Counted from the stretch's first letter, positions 1-9,013 are shown. The stretch: DNA of 64,000 nucleotides from Candidatus Levyibacteriota bacterium (GCA_029260905.1 JAJDCH010000012.1:2249-66248), one strand, 5' to 3'. A program made the numbers and translations. Notes: generated by a model not told the origin, from the sequence alone.

Positions 1-2475
1 TGGCTGCTTGACTCTTATTCTCGCATCTTTTCTTGCTGACAGTCCCATCTCAACAATTTTTCTAACTATTTTCATATCATTAATCAGTTTTGAGTTTTGG
101 GTTTTGAGTTTTGAATCTGACAACGGCCAATCAACCAAGTGCACTGATTCCTCTTCAGTCAGATTTTTATAAATTGCATCTGATATAAACGGCGCAATTG
201 GTGCAAGCAGCTTACAAAGAGTTGTCAAAACTTCATAAGAAGTGGAATAAAATGCACCCTTATCATCCTCCCCAGTCGCGCTTGGCCCAACCCTATCCCT
301 ACTTCTCCTGACATACCAAGTTGAGAAATCATCAACGAATTTTTTGATGAGGTCAATAGCACTGACAGTATCATAACTATCCAAACTTTTTGTAGTATCT
401 TCTATCAAATTATTAAGAAGTGCCAAGATCCACTCGTCCAAAACGTTTTGAGTTTTGAGTATAGAGATTTGAGTTTTTGGATTCCAGGAATCCAGGTTCG
501 CATAAGTTACAAAAAAATTATAAGTATTCCAAAGAATAAGCATAGTACCTCTGATTTGCGATTTATATGCTTCCTCTGAAATCAAGATATCCTCACCCTT
601 CATCACAGGCGATCCAAGCAAATAAAATCTCAATGCATCCCCACCGTACTTATCAAGCATCTCCCGAGGATCTGGATAATTTTTAAAATTTTTACTCATT
701 TTTCTGCCATCTGTTCCAAGTATCACGCCCTCAACCAAAACATTTTTAAATGAAGGAGATTTATAAATCGCAGCTCCAATCACATGAAGAACATAAAACC
801 AAGCTCTGATCTGACCTGTATATTCAGCAATAAAATCAGGAGGAAAAAAATCATCTAATTTTTCATCCTTTTTAAACGGAAAATGCCGCTCTGCAAAAGA
901 AGCGGATCCTGCCTCAATCCAACTATCCAAAACCTCACTTACTCGCTTTGCATCCTTGCCACACTTTTTACACTTAACCATTACCTCATCGATATCAGGC
1001 TTATGAAGCTCAGACACCTTTCTACCTGACGCCTCTTCAAGCTCTTTTATAGATCCTGGAACAAACCTCTCCCCACACTTACATTCCCAAACAGGAACAG
1101 GAGAACCCCAGTATCTATTGCGAGAGATATTCCAATCTGGTGCATTTTCCAAACTTTTTAAAAATCTTCCATTTTTAAAGTGTTTTGGATACCAACCAAT
1201 ATCAAAGTTTGTTTTTTTCATCAGAGGCTTGAGATCTTGAACATTTACAAACCATGCATCAATTGGCGCATAGTAAAGCCTTGTATGACACCTCCAACAA
1301 AGAGGAACTCGGTGAGTGTAATCAACTTTTTTATAAACAAGACCACGCTTTTCAAGATCTTCATCAACTGCCTTGTTGGCTTTGAGATAATACATACCAC
1401 CAAAAATAGGCACCTCATCTTTAACATGTCCCTCCTCATCAAGATGAAGCTCCATGTGAACACCCTCTTCTTTCATCAGCTTCATATCCTCTTCACCATA
1501 AGCAGCAATTGTCACAACACCTGTCCCATCTAGTGCTGTCACAAACTCTCCTCCCAGTATTTCAAATACTTTTCCTTTTGCACGATTGCTGTAGTAATCA
1601 TAGTGCGGAACAAATTTTTTACCAATCAGATCTTTACCCATTAATCTCCCAACAATTTCGCATTTCCCATCAAGCATCTTTTGTGTTGTCTCAGCCAAAA
1701 TATAAAATTCTTTTCCTTGTTTAACTTTTATGTATTTCATTTCAGGATTAACAGCAAGAGCAGGTGTTGCTATCTTTGTCCAGGGAGTTGTTGACCATGC
1801 AAGAATATAAGTATCTTTTTCACCTTCTAGCTCATACTTATATGTTGTAGATGGATCAACAATGTCTTTGTAATTATCTGCATCCATCGCCACTTCAAAA
1901 TTGGAAATAGGTGTTACGCAATGCGGACAATAAAGAGAAACCCGAAGCCCCTTGTACACAAATCCCTTGTCATACATTTGCTTAAAAACCCACATCACAG
2001 ACTCCATATAATTCTTGTCCCAAGTTTTATATGCATTTTCAAAATCAACCCATCTGCCAATCCTATCCACATACCATTCCCAATCACTTGAAACCATATT
2101 TACATAATGCTTGCACTCGTCAATAAATTTCTTAACACCTACCACTTCTTCAATATCTCTCTTGCTCTGAATTTCAAGCTCCTGCTCAACTTTATTTTCA
2201 ATCGGAAGTCCATGCCCATCCCAACCCCAAACACGTCTCACTCTATATCCCTTCATAGTAAAATATCTACCAAATAGATCTTTGGGAAGACTTGAAAGAA
2301 GCGATCCATAATGAGGCATACCAGTTACGAAAGGGGGTCCGTCCAAAAAAGTCCATGAACCATTTGGTGCATCTTTTTCAACTGATTTTTCAAAAATCTT
2401 ATTTTTTTTCCAGAATTTAAGTATTTCATTCTCCAGATCAGGAAAACTAACTTGCGGTGAGACAGACTTAAACAT
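1..2475 (-). CDS. ileS: Isoleucyl-tRNA synthetase (IleRS type 2-like), C-terminus runs off the window
   Basis: Hand-translated from ATG at 2475: MFKSVSPQVSFPDLENEILKFW...FLDGPPFVTGMPHYGS...WGWDGHGLPIE...AWSTTPWT...PDWNISRNRYWGSPVPVW...DGRKMSKNFKNYPDP. Missing from the ORF track because there is no stop in the window. Confidence 0.95.
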   Translation of the reverse strand, partial: MFKSVSPQVSFPDLENEILKFWKKNKIFEKSVEKDAPNGSWTFLDGPPFVTGMPHYGSLLSSLPKDLFGRYFTMKGYRVRRVWGWDGHGLPIENKVEQELEIQSKRDIEEVVGVKKFIDECKHYVNMVSSDWEWYVDRIGRWVDFENAYKTWDKNYMESVMWVFKQMYDKGFVYKGLRVSLYCPHCVTPISNFEVAMDADNYKDIVDPSTTYKYELEGEKDTYILAWSTTPWTKIATPALAVNPEMKYIKVKQGKEFYILAETTQKMLDGKCEIVGRLMGKDLIGKKFVPHYDYYSNRAKGKVFEILGGEFVTALDGTGVVTIAAYGEEDMKLMKEEGVHMELHLDEEGHVKDEVPIFGGMYYLKANKAVDEDLEKRGLVYKKVDYTHRVPLCWRCHTRLYYAPIDAWFVNVQDLKPLMKKTNFDIGWYPKHFKNGRFLKSLENAPDWNISRNRYWGSPVPVWECKCGERFVPGSIKELEEASGRKVSELHKPDIDEVMVKCKKCGKDAKRVSEVLDSWIEAGSASFAERHFPFKKDEKLDDFFPPDFIAEYTGQIRAWFYVLHVIGAAIYKSPSFKNVLVEGVILGTDGRKMSKNFKNYPDPREMLDKYGGDALRFYLLGSPVMKGEDILISEEAYKSQIRGTMLILWNTYNFFVTYANLDSWNPKTQISILKTQNVLDEWILALLNNLIEDTTKSLDSYDTVSAIDLIKKFVDDFSTWYVRRSRDRVGPSATGEDDKGAFYSTSYEVLTTLCKLLAPIAPFISDAIYKNLTEEESVHLVDWPLSDSKLKTQNSKLINDMKIVRKIVEMGLSARKDARIRVKQP
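86..113. repeat. Heptamer tandem array (AGTTTTG x4, one mismatch), in frame in ileS
   Basis: agttttg agttttg ggttttg agttttg; encodes SKLKTQNSKL. Confidence 0.9.
444..478. repeat. Degenerate heptamer array (AGTTTTG-like x5), in frame in ileS
   Basis: cgttttg agttttg agtatag agatttg agttttt; encodes KTQISILKTQN. Confidence 0.8.
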
Positions 2476-2566
2476 AGGTTTAATTTTAGCCTAAACACCG
2501 ATCTAATTCAAGGCTCTAGACAAACACTTAATTTGAGCTATAATAAGGTCAAGCTTCTGCTCAGTC

Positions 2567-3682
2567 ATGAAGATTAAAAAAACAAAAATTAGAGAAAGAA
2601 TAATTCCCTTCGCGCTTGCTCTAGCAGCAAGCATTATTTCTATTTTTATAGCAATTATCCTTAAACCCATTTTGGGCGATCAAATTTTTTTCTTCTCACT
2701 TATTGCAGTTGTCTCATCGGTTTTATCCAAAAACATAAAAGCAGGACTCACAACCACTTTTCTAAATACTCTTGGCATTACATATATTTACTCAGTCGAT
2801 CTTTCATCTGGAACACTTAATCCGATAATATTCATTATTCAAATATTTATTTTCCTCTTATCATCAGTTTTTCTTCTGAGTCTTGCAGACAAAATAAAAA
2901 ATACCAATGAGGTTCTTGCTTACAAAAAAAGAGAAAAAGAATACCTCGAATTGATTGAAAAAATGAAGCTGGAAAAAGCTGAAGATGAAAAAAAAATACG
3001 GGCAAGAGACGAATTCCTATCAATCGCATCACATGAACTAAAAACCCCTCTTTCGTCTATGCTTCTTCAAGTTCAAATGGCTATACATAATATAAGAAAC
3101 GTTTCCCTTGCTCAATTCTCAGTTGAAAAATTAATGAAAATGCTGCAATCAACCGAGCAGCAAACCCACCGCTTATCAAAGATGATTAATGACTTACTAA
3201 ATGTTTCACTTATTACAACCGGGCGACTCGAACTAGAAAAAGAAAGGTGTGACCTAAAACTACTTGTCAAAGGCGTTATAGAACGTTTTCATGAAAGAAT
3301 AAAAAAAGAAAAGTATCATGTCAAATTTGAGTCAAAATCAAAAATTATTGGCAACTGGGATAAATTGAGAATTGAACAAGTAGTAGGAAATTTAATTTCA
3401 AATGCTATTAAATATGGTGATGGAAAACCAATTGAGATAAAAGTTGTAAAATCAGGATCTAACGCAAAAATAACAGTTGTCGATCAGGGAATAGGTGTTC
3501 CGCAAGATATTCAAAAGAAAATTTTTGAAAGATTCCAACGAGGTGTTTCCAATCAAGATTACCGCGGACTTGGTGTGGGGCTATACATAGCAACTCAAAT
3601 TGTAAAAGCACATAGTGGTAAGATATATTTATCAAGTAAACTAGGAAAAGGTTCGACTTTTACAGTAGAACTACCCCTATAA
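2567..3682 (+). CDS. Membrane sensor histidine kinase (4-TM DUF4118-like N-terminus, HisKA + HATPase)
   Basis: H-box ASHELKTPL, N-box NLISNAIKY, G1 DQGIG, F-box IFERF, G2 GLGVGL...GKGSTF; no response regulator adjacent. Confidence 0.9.
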   Translation: MKIKKTKIRERIIPFALALAASIISIFIAIILKPILGDQIFFFSLIAVVSSVLSKNIKAGLTTTFLNTLGITYIYSVDLSSGTLNPIIFIIQIFIFLLSSVFLLSLADKIKNTNEVLAYKKREKEYLELIEKMKLEKAEDEKKIRARDEFLSIASHELKTPLSSMLLQVQMAIHNIRNVSLAQFSVEKLMKMLQSTEQQTHRLSKMINDLLNVSLITTGRLELEKERCDLKLLVKGVIERFHERIKKEKYHVKFESKSKIIGNWDKLRIEQVVGNLISNAIKYGDGKPIEIKVVKSGSNAKITVVDQGIGVPQDIQKKIFERFQRGVSNQDYRGLGVGLYIATQIVKAHSGKIYLSSKLGKGSTFTVELPL

Positions 3683-3694
3683 TAATTTTAGTAA

Positions 3695-3723
3695 TTGACA
3701 AAATCTCAAAACGGGATTATATT
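3695..3723 (+). promoter_or_regulatory. Sigma70-type promoter of the B12 operon
   Basis: TTGACA (3695-3700), 17 bp, TATATT (3718-3723). Confidence 0.8.
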
Positions 3724-3737
3724 AAACAAAATTAAAT

Positions 3738-3842
3738 TGGTCAAAAGGTCCGAAAGCTGTGTGATTCAGCGCTATGCCGTAACTGTTAAAGTCAGATCGC
3801 AGACTTTTGATCTCAATTACCATCCTTCGAGCAAAGGAGAGG
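3738..3842 (+). ncRNA. Cobalamin riboswitch (compact class-II / AdoCbl-variant-like)
   Basis: Closing stem TCAAAAGGTC/GACTTTTGA; GAAA-GCTG-TGTGATT-CAGC T-loop-like hairpin; B12-box-like CGTAACTGT...AAGTCAGA; downstream hairpin TCCTT-CGAGCA-AAGGA; lies upstream of B12-transport-type genes. Confidence 0.8.
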
Positions 3843-3865
3843 CTAGCTAAGTTTAGACTTAACAC

Positions 3866-3893
3866 AGACTTCTCACTTGAGAAGTCTTTTTTT
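3866..3893 (+). terminator. Intrinsic terminator (riboswitch attenuator)
   Basis: AGACTTCTCA-CT-TGAGAAGTCT followed by T6, between the aptamer and the first start codon. Confidence 0.85.
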
Positions 3894-3941
3894 ACTTCTC
3901 AGGTAGCTAACTGCCCCTTATCGAAGATTTGAATCAAAAAT

Positions 3942-4568
3942 ATGTTTGCACAAATTAAAAAACTATTTAAACAACTTCCAGTTCTTGTCTGGATATCAAT
4001 TCTGTTTTTCGGGTTGGCAATTGGACTCTACGCTACTCCTACAAATACTGATAAAAAATCAGATACAGAAACAGAAACAATCTTTCCTTCACTTGTTCCC
4101 TCTATTACTGATGAAAAAAACACTAATTTTGATTATTTAAAAACAACAAATAATGCACAGTCAATCACCCCTACAATTGTAGTTTCAAATTCTTCTAATG
4201 GAGAATCTCAAACAACTGCAAAAAATCAGAATGAGGCCAAAAATGAATCAGGAAATAGTCAGCAACAATCAAAAATTTCAGTAACCCTATCTATTAATGG
4301 CTCCTCAGTTGGTGCTGTTAGCCTTGATGAGGGATCAAACCAATGCAACGTGCTATCGAATGCAAAAGATCAAGGAAAAATATCAAGTCTTGATATGCGC
4401 TACATTTCAAGCCTTGGAACAAATGGTGTTTATAAAATAAACGGGATTGGAAAAGACAACGCCATCTGGTGGGTTTATAAAGTAAATGGCGCATCACCAA
4501 GCCAAGGATGCAGTCTGGTTAAAGCAAACAATAACGATAATGTTGATTGGGAATATGTTGGAAATTAA
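3942..4568 (+). CDS. Membrane-anchored DUF4430 (transcobalamin C-terminal/beta-domain-like) protein
   Basis: N-terminal TM, S/T/N/Q-rich linker, C-terminal GVYKINGIG...WWVYKVNG.....G.......NDNVDWEY pattern typical of DUF4430. Confidence 0.75.
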   Translation: MFAQIKKLFKQLPVLVWISILFFGLAIGLYATPTNTDKKSDTETETIFPSLVPSITDEKNTNFDYLKTTNNAQSITPTIVVSNSSNGESQTTAKNQNEAKNESGNSQQQSKISVTLSINGSSVGAVSLDEGSNQCNVLSNAKDQGKISSLDMRYISSLGTNGVYKINGIGKDNAIWWVYKVNGASPSQGCSLVKANNNDNVDWEYVGN

Positions 4569-4569
4569 T

Positions 4570-5938
4570 ATGAAACTCAAAACTCAAATTTATAAAAATA
4601 ATCTTTGTCTTTTGCTTACCACTTTTTGCTTATCACTTTTTGCTTATCACTCCTGTTTTTGCTGAATCTACTACTACAGATATTGCTCTTGATTTCTTAA
4701 GATCCAAGCAGGACTCTACCGGAAGAATAAATACTGGCTTTTCTGCTCCTTCTCAATGGTCTTCAATTGCTTTTGCATCCCAAAATATTAACATTTCAGA
4801 TGTCAAAAATCCCGATGTATCACTTCTTGATTTTCTCAAAACAGATATTCCTATTGATCCATCAGCAGCAACAGATTGGGAAACAAAAATTCTAGCAATT
4901 GTTGCAATTGGTAGTAATCCATCAAATTTTAACGGTGAAAACTTTATTAAAAACCTTGAAGACTTTCACACTGATGGACAAATTGGTGATATATGCTCTT
5001 TAAATGACGATATCTTTGGACTACTCGCACTCACCGCAAGCGGAAAGTTGGCTGACAACAAGATAAAACAAGACGCACTTAATTTTATTATTGATAATCA
5101 GGACGAAACTAATGGAGGATTTGGTTTTTCTGCTCCTGGCTGTGAATGGTATAACACATCAACAGACATGACAGCAGCAGGACTTCACGCTTTAGTATCA
5201 GCCAGGGATAGCGGTATGGAAGCAGCAGGGTTTGATGATGCTATAGATCAGGCAAAAAATTATCTTTTTTCAAACCAAAATTCTGATGGAGGATTTGGAT
5301 ATTCGGAGAAATCTGATTCAGACACAACTGGCTGGGTAATAATTGGTCTAAATGCTGCAGGTCTTAGTAGCTCAACTGAGGCAAAAAATGCCAAAAGCTG
5401 GCTTCTTACACAACAATCAGAATCAGATGGAGGTTTTACTGCTTTTGATTGGGGAACAAGTGAATTTGTATCCAATGCCACAACTACCTCTCATGCGATC
5501 CTTGCCATAAACGGTAAAACATGGATTTCCAAAATTTATCAAGCATCAACTGATGACATCATCCCAACTTCTACTCCCTCTCCGACAAATATGCCAACCC
5601 CTAGTCCAACTCTGACGCCAACACCAACAGCTACTCCTACAACATTAAGCACCACCAACAGCAACACAACCAATATCTACAATTACTCATCTGGCTTGGG
5701 ACAAGACACAGACAACATCAATAAGTATCTACAAAACCAAACACCAAAAGAACAAATCAATCAAGTTCTCGGAGAAAAAACAAAAAATGAAAATCATGAA
5801 GAAATAAAGATTGAAAATTTAAATAGTGGACTCAGAAGAATCTTTGCTGAAATATTCTTTTTTCTCGGAATAGCAACTTTAAGTTTTTATATAGGCGGTT
5901 TAAATCAAAAGAAAAAAGTTTCTCAAAAGTTGTTATAA
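4570..5938 (+). CDS. Secreted prenyltransferase/squalene-oxidase-repeat (alpha/alpha barrel) protein with PT linker and C-terminal TM; natural start frameshifted by a 7-bp duplication (open frame from TTG 4640)
   Basis: Repeats LRSKQDSTG, IIDNQDETNGGF, LFSNQNSDGGF, LLTQQSESDGGF; PT-rich linker; C-terminal hydrophobic helix plus KKK. ATG 4570 directly follows the upstream TAA but is 70 nt (out of frame) from 4640. Confidence 0.75.
4573..4653. repeat. AAACTCA x2 followed by a 14-bp (2x7) array TTGCTTA(T/C)CACTTT x3 in the signal-peptide region
   Basis: atg aaactca aaactca aattt; ttgcttaccacttt ttgcttatcacttt ttgcttatcactcc. Confidence 0.85.
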
Positions 5939-5945
5939 TATTCTT

Positions 5946-6470
5946 ATGAAAAACATTTTAAAAAATCCTATTATTCCAATCTCCATTATCTTTATCGCTG
6001 TAATCGCACGTCTTATTCCACATGTTCCAAATTTTGCGCCAATTGCTGCAGTTGCGCTTTTTGGGGGTACATACCTTCCCAAAAAATTTGCATTCATAAT
6101 TCCACTTCTTGCAATGTTTTTTTCTGATATTTTTCTTGGGTTTCATTCAACCATGATTTATGTATATGGAAGTTTTGTTTTGACAACTTTTATTGGTCTC
6201 TGGATTAGGAAAAATAAAAAAATCTCAAATACGATCCTCGGAACATTTGGCGCATCTATTCTTTTCTTTCTAATTACCAATTTTGGTGTCTGGGCTAATG
6301 GAATGTACTCAAGAGGTATTGAAGGGCTAACACAAAGCTATATCATGGCGATTCCTTTTTTTCGTTTCACCCTTGCAGGGGATCTTTTTTACACAGGCAT
6401 CTTTTTCGTGGGATATGAATTAATCTTAATGTACTCCCAAAAGTATGCCAAAGCAAACGCCAAAGCTTAA
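5946..6470 (+). CDS. DUF6580-family membrane protein, ECF S-component-like (putative cobalamin transporter)
   Basis: RLIPHVPNFAPIAAVALFGG, SD..LG, FFLITNFGVW, YIMAIPFF motifs; ~5-6 TM; riboswitch context. Confidence 0.75.
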   Translation: MKNILKNPIIPISIIFIAVIARLIPHVPNFAPIAAVALFGGTYLPKKFAFIIPLLAMFFSDIFLGFHSTMIYVYGSFVLTTFIGLWIRKNKKISNTILGTFGASILFFLITNFGVWANGMYSRGIEGLTQSYIMAIPFFRFTLAGDLFYTGIFFVGYELILMYSQKYAKANAKA

Positions 6471-7395
6471 AAAACTAAGAATCTTATCTCTTCTTCCCGC
6501 AGCAACTGAAATCATTTCCCTACTTGGTCTTTCAAAAAATCTTGTCGGTATAGGACATGATTCTTACTACCCCAAATCAGTAGCTGGACTCCCAAAAGTC
6601 ACAAGTACGATAATAACAAATCAGATGACAAGTCTTGAAATTGACCGAGCTGTCAAAAGAAGCATTCACAAAGGCCAGAGTATTTTCCATATTGATAAAA
6701 AGATAATTTCCAAACTTTCCCCAAATCTTATATTTACCCAGGAACTATGTCCGGTCTGCGCGCCATATCTAAAAGATGTTAAACAAATTGTAAAAAAAAT
6801 AGAAACAGATGCTAAGATTGTTTCTTTCTCTCCTACTACGATTTCTGATATTTTTGAAAATATCAAAACAGCTGGGAAAATAATAGGAAGATTAAAAAAA
6901 GCTAACAAGCTAATAAAAAATCTTAAACTTAGAATTAAAAAAGTAAAAGATAAAACAAGATCCTTGAAAAGACCGAGTGTAATAATAATTGAATGGATAG
7001 ATCCTATCATGTCCTCTGGGCACTGGACTTATGAGATGGTTGCTGTAGCAGGCGGGAGACTCTTTCTTTCTGAAAAAGGCGGCAAATCCAAAAGGATTCT
7101 CTGGGAGGATGTTTTGAAACTTGATCCTGATATACTTATCATCGCCCCTTGCGGATTTGATATTAAAAGATCAAAAAAGGAAATTGGGATTATTAAAAGT
7201 AAAAAAGGATTTAAAAATTTGAAGGCATACAAAAATAAAAAAATTTTTTATATGGACGGTGACTCATATCTGACGCGTCCAGGCCCCAGAATAGTAGATG
7301 GCATCGAAACCCTTGCCAAGATATTACACCCAAAAATTTTAAAAGAAAACACACAGAAGAGCACAGAGAAAAATAAATTAAGAATACCTTTGTAA
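6445..7395 (+). CDS. Cobalamin/iron-chelate substrate-binding protein (BtuF/YvrC-like)
   Basis: RILSLLPAATEI, LIFTQELCPVCA, EWIDPIMSSGHW, PDILIIAPCGF, TRPGPRIVDGIE; no obvious signal peptide. Confidence 0.85.
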   Translation: MPKQTPKLKKLRILSLLPAATEIISLLGLSKNLVGIGHDSYYPKSVAGLPKVTSTIITNQMTSLEIDRAVKRSIHKGQSIFHIDKKIISKLSPNLIFTQELCPVCAPYLKDVKQIVKKIETDAKIVSFSPTTISDIFENIKTAGKIIGRLKKANKLIKNLKLRIKKVKDKTRSLKRPSVIIIEWIDPIMSSGHWTYEMVAVAGGRLFLSEKGGKSKRILWEDVLKLDPDILIIAPCGFDIKRSKKEIGIIKSKKGFKNLKAYKNKKIFYMDGDSYLTRPGPRIVDGIETLAKILHPKILKENTQKSTEKNKLRIPL

Positions 7396-7717
7396 AATCT
7401 TTGGGTTTGTTTTATCATTTCACCCATTCCTTGAATCTTTGCTGGAGCTATTTCTGTATCCAAAACTTGAAACTCTCCATCTGCTTTGATAACTCCTCTT
7501 TCTAAATCTATTGGAGTATATACTCCTGATATATGCGTTTCTCTTTCCAAGCCAACAGCTCCATCCTCTCCTACACTAAATCTTAAACTTCCTTGAATCA
7601 GCTGACAGGCCAATCCTTTTCTTATCTCATCATCAACGGCCTATTTCCTATCGCTACTTCATTTCTCCAATGTTCTCTATCTATTCTAAAAAGACCATCA
7701 GCAGAATTTGCTGTCAT
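7248..7717 (-). pseudogene. Possible frameshifted hypothetical gene
   Basis: ATG 7717 gives a 31-aa ORF; a second frame carries AVDDEIRKGLACQLIQG... (ORF 7248-7613) and overlaps the BtuF-like 3' end by 148 bp. Confidence 0.3.
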
Positions 7718-7775
7718 ATTGAAATACTTTTATCATGTTTTCTTATTAAGTCAAGATAATTTATCTTAATCAAGA

Positions 7776-8975
7776 TCAAGAATAAATGTTAAATAAAGGA
7801 TATATTTCCCACATGCTTACACTATAAAATAAATTGAATAAAACTCCGATTATAATTAGTGTTATTGCGGTTTTGGTGATTTTGCTTCCAAGTGCAGGTA
7901 TAAGAAGGAGAAAAAGAAACGGCAGGAAATCAAGCGCGTATCTATAGCCAAACTGGGCAAAACCAATGCTATACCAGGTAAAAACAGGAATAGCTAAAAC
8001 AAATGCAGCTATTCCAGCTGATAAGCTATATTTGTTTTTCTTAAAATTAGTAAGCAATACTAAAAATAGTGGCGATGTAAACCAAATCGCTATTCCCCAC
8101 GGATCGGCCTTAAGATATGGAAATTTTAACACCATTCCATTATTTTTGTTCTCAAGAAATGGTTCAGGAGATTTTAATAAAAAACTATAAAGATTTGCAG
8201 GAACATGAATAATATTTATTTCACCATATTTAAAATTCTCAGCAATTGGCCCATCATTTTTGGTAATGCTGTAGTGATAGCCTGTCTCAAAATAAGAATT
8301 AAAACGTCTATTGTTATACCCGCCAAGTATCAATAAAGCAATAATAATTGGAATTGCAATTATTACCAATTGTTTAAAAATCAATCTTTTTTTCAAAAAT
8401 TCTATAAAGAAAAATATAGATGCAAGAATAAGTGTCACTCGAGTCATAACAGCAAGACCCAAAAAAAGACCAGTTAAAAAAGCTGGTTTTTTATAAAAAT
8501 ATGCCCAAAGCGATAAAAGCATAAATGGCACTCCAAGCGCCTCAACCTGATATGCGCTGACATTTATAACACTTGAGCTAAACAAGACTGTGGAAAAGAC
8601 AAAGAAAACTGAAAGCCAAAGAGAATCCAACTTGTCAAATTTAAAATGTTTTGCAATTAAAAAAATAGAAGCAAAAGAAACAATTATTGAAAAAACACCA
8701 AGACTTACCTGTGGAACTGATTCACCAAATATAAAAACAAAAGGCATTAAAAGTATAGATGCCAAAGGACCAAAGTAAACATAATAATTATTGTAATAAT
8801 TTGCAACATCTCTGACAGGTACATTAAAAATAGAAAGTGATACTTTCCATTCTGTAAATCTCATTGAAAGCATTACCAAATCTGTATCAAATCCACGTTG
8901 ACCTATTGTGAGATATAAAAATGTAGCGTAAACACAAAGAAGTGCAACAAAAACTAATAAAATTTTCTTTACCAT
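7776..8975 (-). CDS. Polytopic membrane protein, GT-C-fold glycosyltransferase-like
   Basis: ~10 TM; YYVYFGPLASILLMP and QFGYRYALDFLP motifs; start moved to ATG 8975, which has TATGAT 6 nt upstream. Confidence 0.6.
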   Translation of the reverse strand: MVKKILLVFVALLCVYATFLYLTIGQRGFDTDLVMLSMRFTEWKVSLSIFNVPVRDVANYYNNYYVYFGPLASILLMPFVFIFGESVPQVSLGVFSIIVSFASIFLIAKHFKFDKLDSLWLSVFFVFSTVLFSSSVINVSAYQVEALGVPFMLLSLWAYFYKKPAFLTGLFLGLAVMTRVTLILASIFFFIEFLKKRLIFKQLVIIAIPIIIALLILGGYNNRRFNSYFETGYHYSITKNDGPIAENFKYGEINIIHVPANLYSFLLKSPEPFLENKNNGMVLKFPYLKADPWGIAIWFTSPLFLVLLTNFKKNKYSLSAGIAAFVLAIPVFTWYSIGFAQFGYRYALDFLPFLFLLLIPALGSKITKTAITLIIIGVLFNLFYSVSMWEIYPLFNIYS

Positions 8976-9013
8976 AATTACATCATACAATTTTAATGAT
9001 ATTTTTAACAAGT

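Noticed and set aside
1180-1724. Short ORFs 1180-1533, 1245-1463 and 1509-1724
   Set aside because: They lie antisense or out of frame within ileS, which the ORF track missed.
5563-5640. CCAAC/CC-rich periodic DNA
   Set aside because: Explained by the Pro-Thr linker codons (period 6); not part of the heptamer class.
7345-7372. CACAGA...CACAGAG 9-10-bp repeat at the BtuF-like C-terminus
   Set aside because: Only two imperfect copies; cannot be distinguished from chance.
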